DNA from: an uncultured delta proteobacterium
Lineage (GTDB): Bacteria > Desulfobacterota > Binatia > Binatales > Binataceae
Direction: 5' to 3'
Length of the DNA: 64,000 nucleotides
Assembly (NCBI GenBank): GCA_963808235.1
Contig: CAWEEQ010000004.1
Location: 1,952,001 to 2,016,000, forward strand
The stretch's first letter is position 1, and each line of letters opens with the position of its first letter. Below the pieces are notes generated by a model. It searched no databases. It saw only the letters and a program-made list of their open reading frames with translations, and was not told where the DNA came from. This document shows positions 18,164 through 27,824 of this stretch, in pieces. Position numbers and translations under genes: made by a program.

Positions 18164-20037
18164 TCCGCCGACGCGCGCTGGCTGTCGTCAGGTTCAACAG
18201 GAATTTGAACGCGTGCGGCTTGCGGACGCTCCAACCACCACAAGAGGACGAACGCAATACATCCGGTCACGGTCAACAGGAGCGCGAGCATCATGTGTTC
18301 CGGTTCGTAAAAGATGGATAGCCGTTGATGACCCGCCGGAACCTCGACCGCCAGACGCCCGCGATCCGAAGTCACGGTGCCGTTTCCGGATTCCACTTGC
18401 CAATCGATATCGAAATTCTGGTTGATCACCAACGTGGTCGCGGCAGTCGCGGAAATATCGAAAGACAAGCGATTCGGTGACCACTTCTTTTGCGCGACGG
18501 TTCCGTCCGACATGTAATATTCGCCGAGATAGCCCTTCTGGTTGTAGCCGAGGATAAATTTGTTGGGCGGCACATTGTAGCCAAAGCCCTGGCAATTTAC
18601 CGATCCCATATTCGCCTCGGCTATATAGGTCATAATGATCGGCGTTTCCACCCAGAATTGGCGAAACGATTCGGACCACGGCGGGCGCTCGAAGTCGTAG
18701 TGGAAGAGATAGCGGTAGTTCGGCGACCCGACTAACCAAGCATCGATGAGCCCGACGCTCAGGAGCACAGCCGCGACTCGCGGGCCCCATAAGGACCAAT
18801 GTTCGCACATAAACTCGGCGCCAAGGGCAGCCAGTACGCTGACGCAGAAGACCAGCGGAATTCCCCAGCGGCCGCATATTCCGATGTTCGCGCCGAAGGG
18901 TAATTCACGAACGTAAGTAATCAGTGCATTCGGCCCGGTGTCGCCCCGAAAGAGCAGAAAAAAGACCACGACTCCGAAAACGAATGGCAACGCGCGCCGC
19001 GGTGCCCCGACGATTCCGGCCAGTGCAAACGCGACGAAGGGCGCCCCGAGATAGGCTCCATACTCGGTCATCCAGAACACGCTCGGACTCGGACGGTAAA
19101 CGTCCTGATTTCTTGAAAAGAGCGAGATCATCGCGCCGGTCCAACTGATCCATGAGGCGCCAAATACCTTTGGATGAAGTCTCAGCGCCTCTGCGGCGGG
19201 GATGAATTTGAGTGCGCAGAGACAGAATGCGAACGCCCCGATTATCGCCGCCATGATCAGCGGGCGGATGCTCAGCATGGTTGTCGCAAGGGTCGTCGCG
19301 ACTATCGCAATGAGAATTATCGTATAGAGAAACGTGTAGTTGCCTTCGGTCAGGGTCAGCGCGCAGAACAAGCCGCCGATCGCCGCCGGGAACGCGCGCC
19401 TCAGCCGGCACGCCGCCAGCAGCATCGCGATGATCCATGGGAAATACACTGCGGGAAGAAAGTTCAGATGTCCGACCGCGATATGAAGCGGCAGCCATGA
19501 ACTCGAGGGAAACATACCAGCCAGTACCACGCATGCAATCGGTCGCAGCCCAAGCTCGCGCCCGAGCACGTAGCCACCGGCGAAACCAATAGCGATATGA
19601 AGATAGATCTCCAGGAAGATGCCGGCCAGCAATCCGCCAGCCAGGTAGATCAGCAAAAACGGAGTGACGATGCTCGACTCGGGATTGCCCAGCATCGCCA
19701 CCCCGCCGCATTTGTAGGGATTCCAAAACGGCCACTGATGGAAGTGGGTCAGGGTGTAATACGGCACCCAGCGAAGTTGGTCGAACAAGTCAGAGTCGTT
19801 GTTGATCGGCAGTCTGGCCAGGTTGCTGAAGTGCGGCGCCTCGAACAGCCAATCATGGATGCCCGGCCCGAGGTATTTGATGTCGCACAGGATCGGGTAA
19901 AAGAACACCGCCGCAAAGGCCAGGGACCCGAGCACGACCCACGCGAATTCGCGCGCGTCGAGACGGAAGATGGATCCAGGTGTGTCGTCCGACGGGCCAG
20001 CAAAGAAGCGGCTCATGCTCAAGTCGGTTCGTATCAC
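18160..20037 (-). CDS. polytopic membrane protein, YfhO-like / GT-C fold (paralog of the downstream gene)
   Basis: NNDSD, PFWNPYKCGGVAMLGNP, LVINQNFDIDW; collinear similarity with 16385-18163; 4-nt overlap. Confidence 0.75.
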   Translation of the reverse strand: MIRTDLSMSRFFAGPSDDTPGSIFRLDAREFAWVVLGSLAFAAVFFYPILCDIKYLGPGIHDWLFEAPHFSNLARLPINNDSDLFDQLRWVPYYTLTHFHQWPFWNPYKCGGVAMLGNPESSIVTPFLLIYLAGGLLAGIFLEIYLHIAIGFAGGYVLGRELGLRPIACVVLAGMFPSSSWLPLHIAVGHLNFLPAVYFPWIIAMLLAACRLRRAFPAAIGGLFCALTLTEGNYTFLYTIILIAIVATTLATTMLSIRPLIMAAIIGAFAFCLCALKFIPAAEALRLHPKVFGASWISWTGAMISLFSRNQDVYRPSPSVFWMTEYGAYLGAPFVAFALAGIVGAPRRALPFVFGVVVFFLLFRGDTGPNALITYVRELPFGANIGICGRWGIPLVFCVSVLAALGAEFMCEHWSLWGPRVAAVLLSVGLIDAWLVGSPNYRYLFHYDFERPPWSESFRQFWVETPIIMTYIAEANMGSVNCQGFGYNVPPNKFILGYNQKGYLGEYYMSDGTVAQKKWSPNRLSFDISATAATTLVINQNFDIDWQVESGNGTVTSDRGRLAVEVPAGHQRLSIFYEPEHMMLALLLTVTGCIAFVLLWWLERPQAARVQIPVEPDDSQRASAE

Positions 20038-20053
20038 CGGTATGTTCGTGGCC

Positions 20054-20785
20054 TCAGGATGAAGGCGTCGGAGACGTGGCCGCGCCGCGTTTTATCGCCA
20101 CTTGCGTTGCGACCCATTGGAAAAGCTGCGGCGCCGAGCTGTCCTGAGGCGCGGTGTCTCCAGGCTGGGTCTGGTAATTGGACAGAATCCAGTACTCGGA
20201 CACGGTCGCCTCGTGATTCAGCACTACGTTCACGTCAGGGGGCAGCGTCGGATTCAATCCCACGTTGCCAAAATCGGTGGCGTTGAAGGCAAGGATGAGA
20301 TCGCCGTCGCTGGTCGTCGAAACCGATTTGGCGGACAGCAATCCGCCGTTGCCGGTGTTGTGACTGGTCATGTCGATCGGCCACGGCGTCGCGACATTGT
20401 CGAGCAGCATGATTGCGCCTTGCGCGTCGACCGGCGCGCTGAAGGTCCACGTCGCCGTGCCGGGATCGTTGGCGGCGATTGCATGCCCATAGAGCGACTG
20501 CCGGGTCGTTATCGTAGAGTCGTCGCGAATCAACTGCCATCCGGCGGGTGCGGTGATCGCCGGTTTCGGACCGCCGTAACTAAGTACGTCGGCGATGGCG
20601 AACTGGCCGACTCGGCCCTTGGAACCCCAGTCGAGAGTGAGGCTCGTGGTCGCCTTCTTCATCGGCGCTTGCGCGGAGAATACTACATCGGAGCCGCCGA
20701 CCGTATTTTCCGCGGTTTGAGATGGCCCGGAATTGCATCCGGCGAGAACAACGACCGCAACCGCAATCAACGCGTACCTGAACAT
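20054..20785 (-). CDS. hypothetical lipoprotein, beta-rich extracellular domain
   Basis: MFRYALIAVAVVVLAGC lipobox; GGAGG RBS upstream of ATG 20785. Confidence 0.75.
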   Translation of the reverse strand: MFRYALIAVAVVVLAGCNSGPSQTAENTVGGSDVVFSAQAPMKKATTSLTLDWGSKGRVGQFAIADVLSYGGPKPAITAPAGWQLIRDDSTITTRQSLYGHAIAANDPGTATWTFSAPVDAQGAIMLLDNVATPWPIDMTSHNTGNGGLLSAKSVSTTSDGDLILAFNATDFGNVGLNPTLPPDVNVVLNHEATVSEYWILSNYQTQPGDTAPQDSSAPQLFQWVATQVAIKRGAATSPTPSS

Positions 20786-20808
20786 TGGTCCTCCCCTACG
20801 TGACGGCT

Positions 20809-21630
20809 TCAAGGTTTCTTTGCGAACGGACGATCGCGCTCGGTGAGCGCGCCTTTCAATCCCTTCTCGCGGCTGGCCTTCATCCAGTTCTTTACGGTGT
20901 CGGTCTGATGCGCGATCACATCGATGTCGGCGGCGGATTGTTCCGCGGCGCGAATCCCGAGTATATCGAGATACCGGTTCACCGCGGCCTTGTGCAACAT
21001 CAACAACTCCGCCGGAACCATCGCAACCCGGCGCGCATAGTTCATCGTTTCCTCTTCGAGTTTGTCCTTGGGAAAGACTCGATTCACCAGATGCCATTCG
21101 AGCGCTTCTTTCGCGGACATGTAATCGCCCGTGAAGAAGTACTCTTTGGTTTTGCGCGGGCCCATCAGCACCGGCCACATCGACATCGTCGGCAGGATTC
21201 CCAGAGAGCGTCCCGCCGGATGCCCGAACTGAGCGTCCTCGCTTGCGAACACGATATCGCAGTGGCCGACGAACTCGGTGCCGCCGGCGAGGCAGTAGCC
21301 GTGCACTTGCGCGATGGTGGGCTTGTTGATTGCCCACAGCCGCTGCCATCGCTCGATAGTCTTGTGCAGGCCGAGACGATCGTTGGTAACAGTGAACGTC
21401 GCGCCGGGGTGCTGCGTGCCCTGCAAATCGTAGCCGGCGGAAAACGCGCGGCCCGCGCCCCGGATGATCAGCACGCTCGCATCGGGGTTCGACTCGTACT
21501 CGTCCATCACGAGGTCGAGTTCCTTGAGCAGCTTTTGCGACAGTGCGTTGAGTTTCTCGGGCCGGTTCAGAGTCAGCCGGTAGATCTTGTCCTCGACCTT
21601 CTCGTAGATGACGGTCTCGTAGTTCGCCAT
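20809..21630 (-). CDS. enoyl-CoA hydratase/isomerase (crotonase) family
   Basis: LTLNRPEKLNAL, GRAFSAGYDL, KPTIAQVHGYCLAGG. Confidence 0.95.
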   Translation of the reverse strand: MANYETVIYEKVEDKIYRLTLNRPEKLNALSQKLLKELDLVMDEYESNPDASVLIIRGAGRAFSAGYDLQGTQHPGATFTVTNDRLGLHKTIERWQRLWAINKPTIAQVHGYCLAGGTEFVGHCDIVFASEDAQFGHPAGRSLGILPTMSMWPVLMGPRKTKEYFFTGDYMSAKEALEWHLVNRVFPKDKLEEETMNYARRVAMVPAELLMLHKAAVNRYLDILGIRAAEQSAADIDVIAHQTDTVKNWMKASREKGLKGALTERDRPFAKKP

Positions 21631-21646
21631 CGTATCCTCCGGACTG

Positions 21647-22471
21647 TTAATTCGCTGCAGCCAGAAAATCTCCTGCGACGCGCGCGGTTTCGTCCGGCAC
21701 TTCCCAGAAGAACATGTGGCCTGCCGCTTTCAAAGTGTGTTTCTTCGAGCCGGCGATCGCGCCGTGCAGGACTTCGGCGTTAGGAAACGGGACGATCGAA
21801 TCGTCGTCGCCGTGAATGATCATCGTTGGCGATTTGATTTGCGGAAGACGCGCGAAGCTGTCGAAGCCTCCGATCGCCTGCCCCTGGCGCATGAAGGTGT
21901 GCATCGGCGTTATCGGATAGTTGCCCATCTCGGCGATTGCCTGGGTGAGAATCCCCTGCCCCGCTTGCGAATTCAGAAATGCCTTTCCGCACGCCACTGA
22001 AAATGCGCGGCGCGCCTGCTCGATCGGATCCATGCCCGGCGCGGGCATCAGGTTCGCGATAGCTTCAGGCGCGGCCGGAACAGAGTGACTCGATCCGCAG
22101 TTGGTGCATCCGAGCACCAGCCCGCGGGTCCGCTCGGGATATGCGAGCACGAACTCCTGCGCGATCATCCCACCCATCGAGATTCCGAAAATGTGCGCGC
22201 GCGGCGTCCTGGCGTGATCGAGCACCGCGGCTACATCCGCGGCCATCTGGCGGAGCGTGAACTCGGCGTCGGGCTTGTCGCTCTCGCCGGTGCCACGGTT
22301 ATCGATCACAAAGATCTTGAACCGCGCTTCCATCAATTTCAAAAATGCCTCGCCCCATCCGCGTCCGGAGCCGCTGAATCCCATGATGAGTGCGACCGGC
22401 TCGCCGGCGCCGCGAATTTCGTAGCGAAGCTTGAGGCCGTCGCTGGTCTGCGCGAAGTCACGTACTGCCAC
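21647..22471 (-). CDS. alpha/beta hydrolase
   Basis: DNRGTGES, nucleophile GISMGG, HGDDD, AGH. Confidence 0.93.
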   Translation of the reverse strand: MAVRDFAQTSDGLKLRYEIRGAGEPVALIMGFSGSGRGWGEAFLKLMEARFKIFVIDNRGTGESDKPDAEFTLRQMAADVAAVLDHARTPRAHIFGISMGGMIAQEFVLAYPERTRGLVLGCTNCGSSHSVPAAPEAIANLMPAPGMDPIEQARRAFSVACGKAFLNSQAGQGILTQAIAEMGNYPITPMHTFMRQGQAIGGFDSFARLPQIKSPTMIIHGDDDSIVPFPNAEVLHGAIAGSKKHTLKAAGHMFFWEVPDETARVAGDFLAAAN

Positions 22472-22558
22472 GTCGAAGTCTCCTTAGTTAGACGAATAGA
22501 TCGATGACGCGATGCGCGCGCCTGCTCCCCGCAATCGGCGCCCTCCCCCTGCGCTCGG

Positions 22559-23740
22559 CTAGCCCTTGGGCAATCCGAGCACCCGCTCGCCAATGATGTT
22601 GTGCTGGATCTGATTCGTACCCGCATAGATCGTCGGACCGCGCGCCGCGAGCATCCTGAACGACCACTTGCCCTTGTCGACCGCGAACGGCGCGCCGAAT
22701 TCCATCTGGCTGTACGGCCCGAGCAGCTCCATCGCGTAGAGCGCGATCTTGAGCGCAAGCTCGGTGCTGCAAAGCTTCATCATCGAGCCTTCCGGCCCCG
22801 GCGGCAGTCCCTTCAATTGGCGGGTCAACTGCCGATAGCCGGTGTATCTGAGCGCCTGCGCGTCGGCGGCGAACTCCGCGACCTTCTGCCTGACGCTCGA
22901 ATCGTCCCACGCGTTGCTGCCATTGCGCGGGATTCGCTTTGCGAGCTTCGCGAGTTCGTATACTTCGCCCATCGGGTCTGCGCCGCCGCCGCCACCGCGC
23001 TCGAACATCAGCGTGGTCATCGCAACCTGCCATCCGTTGTTGCGCTCGCCGACGACATTCTTTTTCGGCACTCGAACATCTTCGAAGAAAACTTCGTTGA
23101 AGCCCTTGCCGCCGGTCATCTGCACCAGCGGGCGCACGGTGACGCCGGGGCTGTGCATATCGATCAGCAGGTAGCTGATTCCCTTGTGCTTGGGCGCGTC
23201 GGGATCGGTGCGCACCAGGGCGAAAATCATGTCCGCATGCTGCGCCATCGAGGTCCAGACTTTCTGCCCGTTGACGACGAAGTCGTCGCCGTCGTCGACC
23301 GCGCGGGTGGACACCGAGGCGAGGTCTGAGCCCGAGCCCGGTTCCGAGTATCCCTGGCACCAGATCTCCTCGCCCTTAAGAATTTTCGGGATGTGATTCT
23401 TCTTTTGTTCCTCGGTCCCCCAGTGGATCAGGGTCGGGCCGAGCAGGCTGATGCCCATCCCGATGAAAGGTTCGCCGAGACCGAGCCTGTGAAGTTCCTC
23501 GCGATAGATCGTGCGCTGCATCACGGTCGCGCCGCGTCCGCCGTATTCCTTGGGCCAATTGGCGGCGACCCAGGCGCCTTCGTTGAGTTTCTTGTGCCAG
23601 CGGACTCGCGCCTCCCAGTCGCCCTCGCCTTCGTCGGCCATGAGATTGCTCGGCGGCGGCGCGAACTTCTTGTTCGCTTCGAGCCAGGATCGCAATTCGA
23701 CGCGAAACGCCTCGTCCTCTGGGCTATAGTTGAAATCCAT
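22559..23740 (-). CDS. acyl-CoA dehydrogenase (FadE/IpdE1-like)
   Basis: WCQGYSEPGSGSD, NGQKVWTS, FNEVFF, TLMFER, IYAGTNQIQHNII. Confidence 0.96.
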   Translation of the reverse strand: MDFNYSPEDEAFRVELRSWLEANKKFAPPPSNLMADEGEGDWEARVRWHKKLNEGAWVAANWPKEYGGRGATVMQRTIYREELHRLGLGEPFIGMGISLLGPTLIHWGTEEQKKNHIPKILKGEEIWCQGYSEPGSGSDLASVSTRAVDDGDDFVVNGQKVWTSMAQHADMIFALVRTDPDAPKHKGISYLLIDMHSPGVTVRPLVQMTGGKGFNEVFFEDVRVPKKNVVGERNNGWQVAMTTLMFERGGGGGADPMGEVYELAKLAKRIPRNGSNAWDDSSVRQKVAEFAADAQALRYTGYRQLTRQLKGLPPGPEGSMMKLCSTELALKIALYAMELLGPYSQMEFGAPFAVDKGKWSFRMLAARGPTIYAGTNQIQHNIIGERVLGLPKG

Positions 23741-23780
23741 CTAGTTACTTTTGCCTCACCGCTGATTCCGTGATTCCGCG

Positions 23781-23860
23781 CGCTAGCTCTTGGGCAACCC
23801 GAGAACGCGCTCGCCTATAATATTATGCTGGATCTGGTTGCTGCCCGCAGCTATCGTGCC
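23781..23860 (-). repeat. orphan duplicated 3' end of acyl-CoA dehydrogenase (direct repeat of 25721-25800, att-like)
   Basis: 80 bp, 74/80 identical to 25721-25800; encodes GTIAAGSNQIQHNIIGERVLGLPKS*. Confidence 0.92.
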
Positions 23861-23961
23861 ATCGCTTTCTGGACCGCCTCGTTCTACCAAAAACTCACAA
23901 AGCAGTGAAAGGTCTGGTGAAATTTGCCAAGTCCCAGCAAACCTTGAATTGCTCTGCCCAA

Positions 23962-24477
23962 TCAGGGGTCGAGCAACGCGGCATCGAAGCCGGCACGGGC
24001 AAGTGCACGGCGGGCAGACGATTCGACCCTCGGACTGTCCACGTGCGCGGCGGCGGGCACCTCTGGCGCCGCGCGAAGGCAGCTCACGAGTGCTTCGGCC
24101 TCGGCGTCGGCTATCCGGTCGCACTCCGCGTACACACCGTCCGGCCCCTCTTCGACGCGATTGTGTATCGCCAGCACCGTCGTTAGCGCTCGCAGGACCG
24201 CGTTGCGTGGCGTGGGCACCAGCAGCGCCGCGATGGCACCGTGATCCAGTCGCAGCCGACTGGCGAGCGCGAGTGGTTCGCCGGTTCGACGCCGTTGTAT
24301 CGCGGGGAGCAGAATCTTCTCCTCCATGCCGATGTGCTTCAGAAGTCCGCGGCGGAACTCGCTGTATGCCTCCATATCGGTATCGCCTGGATTGCGGGCG
24401 GCGCGAGCGAGCAATTGATCGAGGCGCGCATGATCGCGTTCGAGGAAGCTCCGGATTGTCTCTCGCTCGGTCATCAA
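23962..24477 (-). CDS. hemerythrin-like (HHE) domain protein
   Basis: DHARLD, KHIGMEE, LDHGAI, IHNRVEE: H / HxxxE / H / HxxxE di-iron ligand pattern. Confidence 0.88.
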   Translation of the reverse strand: MMTERETIRSFLERDHARLDQLLARAARNPGDTDMEAYSEFRRGLLKHIGMEEKILLPAIQRRRTGEPLALASRLRLDHGAIAALLVPTPRNAVLRALTTVLAIHNRVEEGPDGVYAECDRIADAEAEALVSCLRAAPEVPAAAHVDSPRVESSARRALARAGFDAALLDP

Positions 24478-24529
24478 AATTCCCCCGCGTCACTCAGGGG
24501 CTCGCGCGGAAGATCCTTATTGCGCGAAT

Positions 24530-25693
24530 TCAGGAGCGAAGCATCTTCGGGCCGAAGAAGGCCAGCCAAACCGCCGAGCCCACAATCCACAAGGCGGCCG
24601 CCCATCCGAGGTGAACGAAATAGGTCTGACTGACATCGGCCGCGAGCCTCGCGCACAGCGCAATCACGAATGCAGCGCCCAGTATGATCACTGCGGTCGG
24701 ACGACCAAGGGCGAGCTGCTCCATGTTCAAATGGCTCATCGCAACGTGGCTGGCTACTCCGAAAACCAGCAGGCTAAAGCCGCCGATGTAAACGATGTGC
24801 ATGGCCGGCACGCGGTAGTCGGGCCAGACTGCCGAGGCGATCAATCCGACTGGCATGAGCCATACCGCGAGCCATACCAGCTTGCGATGCGCACCCGTCT
24901 TGCCTGGCAGGCGTAATGCGCCGCCGCCAAATCCGAGCCCGATCGCTACTACCATCGCGCGTAGAATCGGGCCGCTTCGTCCGAAGCCAAACTGCTCGAG
25001 CAGCAAGCTTAAGAAGATCGCCACTCCGGCGGCCGCGTATGCCAGAGCCTTCCAGGTTTCGCGCGGCGCTGAACCGAGGTCTGGCGGTGGAGGAGAGCCG
25101 CTCATGAGGGGCAGAACCAGACTGCCGATGCCGATTGCCATGCACAGAAATACGCCCTGCTCGACCAGCAGCACGCCGAGATAGCCGGTGGATGGAAGCA
25201 CCACGTTCGCGTCGGCTGCGGCGATCAGGGCGGCACCCGCCATTCCCTGCAAGGCGGCGATAGGCAGGAGTACAAACGCGGCTGGCGGGCGGCGTCCAGC
25301 CTTGCCGGCCAGAAATCGGCGCAGCGCAAACTGGATGAGCAGCACGAACAGCGCTGCGTACGCGATTTCGGCCAAGATCCACGATTCGATGATCGCGGCA
25401 CCGGCGGTGATAATCAGCGCTGCGGCAAACGCCGCCAGCTCGATTCGCCCGACTGGCGCGGATTGCGTTCGGCGCGGCAGCGCTGTGAGCAGGAAGCCGA
25501 TCGCAAACGCCATCATGAATGCTTGCATCTGCACCAACCCGTGAAACCTGCACGAGTAGGTCGCTGTGGCTCCTGTTGCGTAAAGAAGCCAGTGGCCAAC
25601 ACCGATCCACCCGAGCGAGACACCCAGCGGGAAGAAGATTCGAAACGGTTCGATCCGCCATCTCGAGATGCCCGCGGTTAATGCGGGCGGCAC
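24530..25693 (-). CDS. nnrS: NnrS family membrane protein
   Basis: EPFRIFF, FHGLVQM..F..AFAIGFLLTALPR, late His motifs MHIVYIGG...SHVAMSH; about 11-12 TMs. Confidence 0.8.
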   Translation of the reverse strand: MPPALTAGISRWRIEPFRIFFPLGVSLGWIGVGHWLLYATGATATYSCRFHGLVQMQAFMMAFAIGFLLTALPRRTQSAPVGRIELAAFAAALIITAGAAIIESWILAEIAYAALFVLLIQFALRRFLAGKAGRRPPAAFVLLPIAALQGMAGAALIAAADANVVLPSTGYLGVLLVEQGVFLCMAIGIGSLVLPLMSGSPPPPDLGSAPRETWKALAYAAAGVAIFLSLLLEQFGFGRSGPILRAMVVAIGLGFGGGALRLPGKTGAHRKLVWLAVWLMPVGLIASAVWPDYRVPAMHIVYIGGFSLLVFGVASHVAMSHLNMEQLALGRPTAVIILGAAFVIALCARLAADVSQTYFVHLGWAAALWIVGSAVWLAFFGPKMLRS

Positions 25694-25722
25694 ACCTTCG
25701 GTGTCGGCCAGCAGTGGCGTCG

Positions 25723-26913
25723 CTAGCCCTTGGGCAAACCGAGTACGCGCTCGCCGATAATATTATGCTGTATCTGGTTGCTGCCCGCAGCAATCGTGCC
25801 GCCGCGCGCAGCGAGCATCCGGAACGACCACTTACCCTTGTCGATCGCGAATGGCGCCTGGTACTCCATTTGGCTGTACGGACCAAGGAGTTCCATCGCG
25901 TACAACTGGATGCGCATGTTCAGCTCGGTGCCGCAGAGCTTCATCATTGAGCCTTCCGGCCCCGGCGGCATCCCCTTGAGACGGCGCGTGAGTTGGCGAT
26001 AGCCCGTGTAGCGCAGCGCCGTTGCCTCGCAGTAGAACTCCGCGATTTTCTGGCGCACGCTGGCATCATCCCAAGCCGTGGCGCCATTGCGCGGGAGCGA
26101 TTTGGCGAGCTCCGTCAGCTCGCGGCATTGCGAGAGCCCGCCGCGATCTCCGCCGCCGCCCGATCGCTCGAACATCAGCGTGGTGATCGCGACCTGCCAT
26201 CCCTGGTTCTTCTCGCCGACGAGATTTTTCTTCGGCACTCGAACGTCCTCGAAGAACACCTCGTTGAAACCCTTGCCGCCGGTTATCTGCACCAGCGGTC
26301 TCACGGTCACGCCGGGGCTGTGCATATCGACGAGGATGTAACTGATTCCCTTATGCTTGGGCGCTTCAGGGTCGGTGCGGACCAGCAAGAAGATCCAGTC
26401 GGCATGCTGCGCGATCGAGGTCCATACTTTCTGCCCATTGACGACGAAGTAGTCGCCGTCATCGACCGCGCGCGTCTGTAGCGACGCGAGATCGGAGCCC
26501 GAGCCGGGTTCGGAATATCCCTGGCACCAGACTTCTTCCGCCTTCATGATCGGCGGGATGAAGCGCTGCTTCTGTTCCTCGGTGCCCCAATGCAACAGCG
26601 TCGGCCCCAGGAGCGTGGTGCCCATCCCGATCATCGGCGCGTTAACGCCGGCGCGCGCGAGTTCCTCGTTGTAGACGATTGTCTGCAGGATGCTCGCGCC
26701 GCGTCCGCCGTACTGGGTCGGCCAGTTCGGCGCGAGCCATCGGCCCTCGGCCATCTTCTTCGCCCAGCGCCGTTGTTGGTCGAATGCGCCGCGGCCCTCG
26801 GCCATCCCGATGGTAGTCTCGCCCAAGTGCGGCGCGAATTGTTTGTTGGCGTCGAGCCAGGTGCGAAACTCGGCGCGGAAGGCTTCGTCTTCGGGATTGA
26901 AATTGAAATCCAT
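25723..26913 (-). CDS. acyl-CoA dehydrogenase (FadE/IpdE1-like)
   Basis: MDFNFNPEDEAFR start at ATG 26913; same motifs as the paralogs. Confidence 0.96.
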   Translation of the reverse strand: MDFNFNPEDEAFRAEFRTWLDANKQFAPHLGETTIGMAEGRGAFDQQRRWAKKMAEGRWLAPNWPTQYGGRGASILQTIVYNEELARAGVNAPMIGMGTTLLGPTLLHWGTEEQKQRFIPPIMKAEEVWCQGYSEPGSGSDLASLQTRAVDDGDYFVVNGQKVWTSIAQHADWIFLLVRTDPEAPKHKGISYILVDMHSPGVTVRPLVQITGGKGFNEVFFEDVRVPKKNLVGEKNQGWQVAITTLMFERSGGGGDRGGLSQCRELTELAKSLPRNGATAWDDASVRQKIAEFYCEATALRYTGYRQLTRRLKGMPPGPEGSMMKLCGTELNMRIQLYAMELLGPYSQMEYQAPFAIDKGKWSFRMLAARGGTIAAGSNQIQHNIIGERVLGLPKG

Positions 26914-27088
26914 CGGCAACTCCCTGGGACGGCTCGTCGTTCGTAAGCCTGCCCCGGCATCGAAAAGTTCGCGGCGTATCGCGCTTGAACTTAAAACAAT
27001 CCGACCGCGCTGCGCAAAGGGGCGGGCGTTGCCGTTTGACAAGAGTTTGGCGATTGCGGAAAGTCGAAATCCAATCCGTGATACGACG

Positions 27089-27388
27089 ATGAAGCTCGAA
27101 CTCGATTTGCCCGAGGACGTTTTTGATGAGAAGTATCCCGAGACTGATTTCATGGCTCGGGTCCGCGAGCTCGCAATCCTGGAACTGGTGCGGGTGAAGA
27201 AGATTCATGAGCACGAAGCCAAGTCGATACTTGGACTCGAACGATGGCAACTGGTCGAAAAGATGAAGGCGGTGGGAATCGCGCCGACTGAAGAAGTGTT
27301 CGCCGATATACAGAACGAGCTTACGAAGGCGATCAACTCGAAACGGGCGCGCGCCGCCGACAAAGGGAAAGGCAAAGGAAAAAGATAA
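27089..27388 (+). CDS. UPF0175-like small protein
   Basis: [11 protein letters not shown]...[38 protein letters not shown] fits the UPF0175 ribbon/HTH pattern. Confidence 0.65.
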   Translation: MKLELDLPEDVFDEKYPETDFMARVRELAILELVRVKKIHEHEAKSILGLERWQLVEKMKAVGIAPTEEVFADIQNELTKAINSKRARAADKGKGKGKR

Positions 27389-27392
27389 TCCT

Positions 27393-27791
27393 ATGCGGCT
27401 TCTGCACACGATGCTCCGGGTGAACAACCTCGACGAATCGCTCAAGTTCTACTGCGACCAGCTTGGTATGAAGCTCCTGCGCAAACACGACTTCCCGGGC
27501 GGCGAATTCACGCTCGCGTTTGTCGGCTATGGCGGCGAGGACGAAACCGCGGTGATCGAGCTGACCTGGAACTGGGGCACCTCGAAGTACGACCTCGGCA
27601 ACGCCTATGGGCATGTCGCGCTCGGCGTCGACGACATCTACAAGACCTGCGCGGAGCTGAAACAAAAAGGGGTCAACGTCGTGCGCGAGCCGGGTCCGAT
27701 GAAGCACGGCACCACGCCGATCGCCTTCATCGAGGATCCCAACGGTTACAAAATTGAACTGATTCAGCAGCGGCGCGTGGATGCCGTCTAA
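27393..27791 (+). CDS. gloA: lactoylglutathione lyase (glyoxalase I)
   Basis: [54 protein letters not shown]. Confidence 0.97.
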   Translation: MRLLHTMLRVNNLDESLKFYCDQLGMKLLRKHDFPGGEFTLAFVGYGGEDETAVIELTWNWGTSKYDLGNAYGHVALGVDDIYKTCAELKQKGVNVVREPGPMKHGTTPIAFIEDPNGYKIELIQQRRVDAV

Positions 27792-27824
27792 CTGGCGCGC
27801 ACGCGCAAAGAGGCCTGGTTGCGA

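Larger units (their letters stand above)
23781..25800. mobile_element. small integrated islet (NnrS + hemerythrin) bounded by 80-bp direct repeats; no integrase
   Basis: Direct repeats exactly 1940 bp apart flank two cargo genes between tandem ACAD genes. Confidence 0.65.

Noticed and set aside
20786-21349. N-terminal extension of the 431-aa ORF 20054..21349
   Set aside because: It overlaps the enoyl-CoA hydratase; the real start is ATG 20785, with RBS and signal peptide.
23783-24493. 236-aa ORF ending in an ACAD C-terminus, a possible fusion gene
   Set aside because: It overlaps the hemerythrin gene in another frame; only the last 25 codons are meaningful (the duplicated ACAD end).
25750-25773. 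dif-like appearance of CTCGCCGATAA-TA-TTATGCTGTAT in the repeat
   Set aside because: The spacer between arms is 2 bp rather than 6 and the XerD arm is poor; not called as dif.
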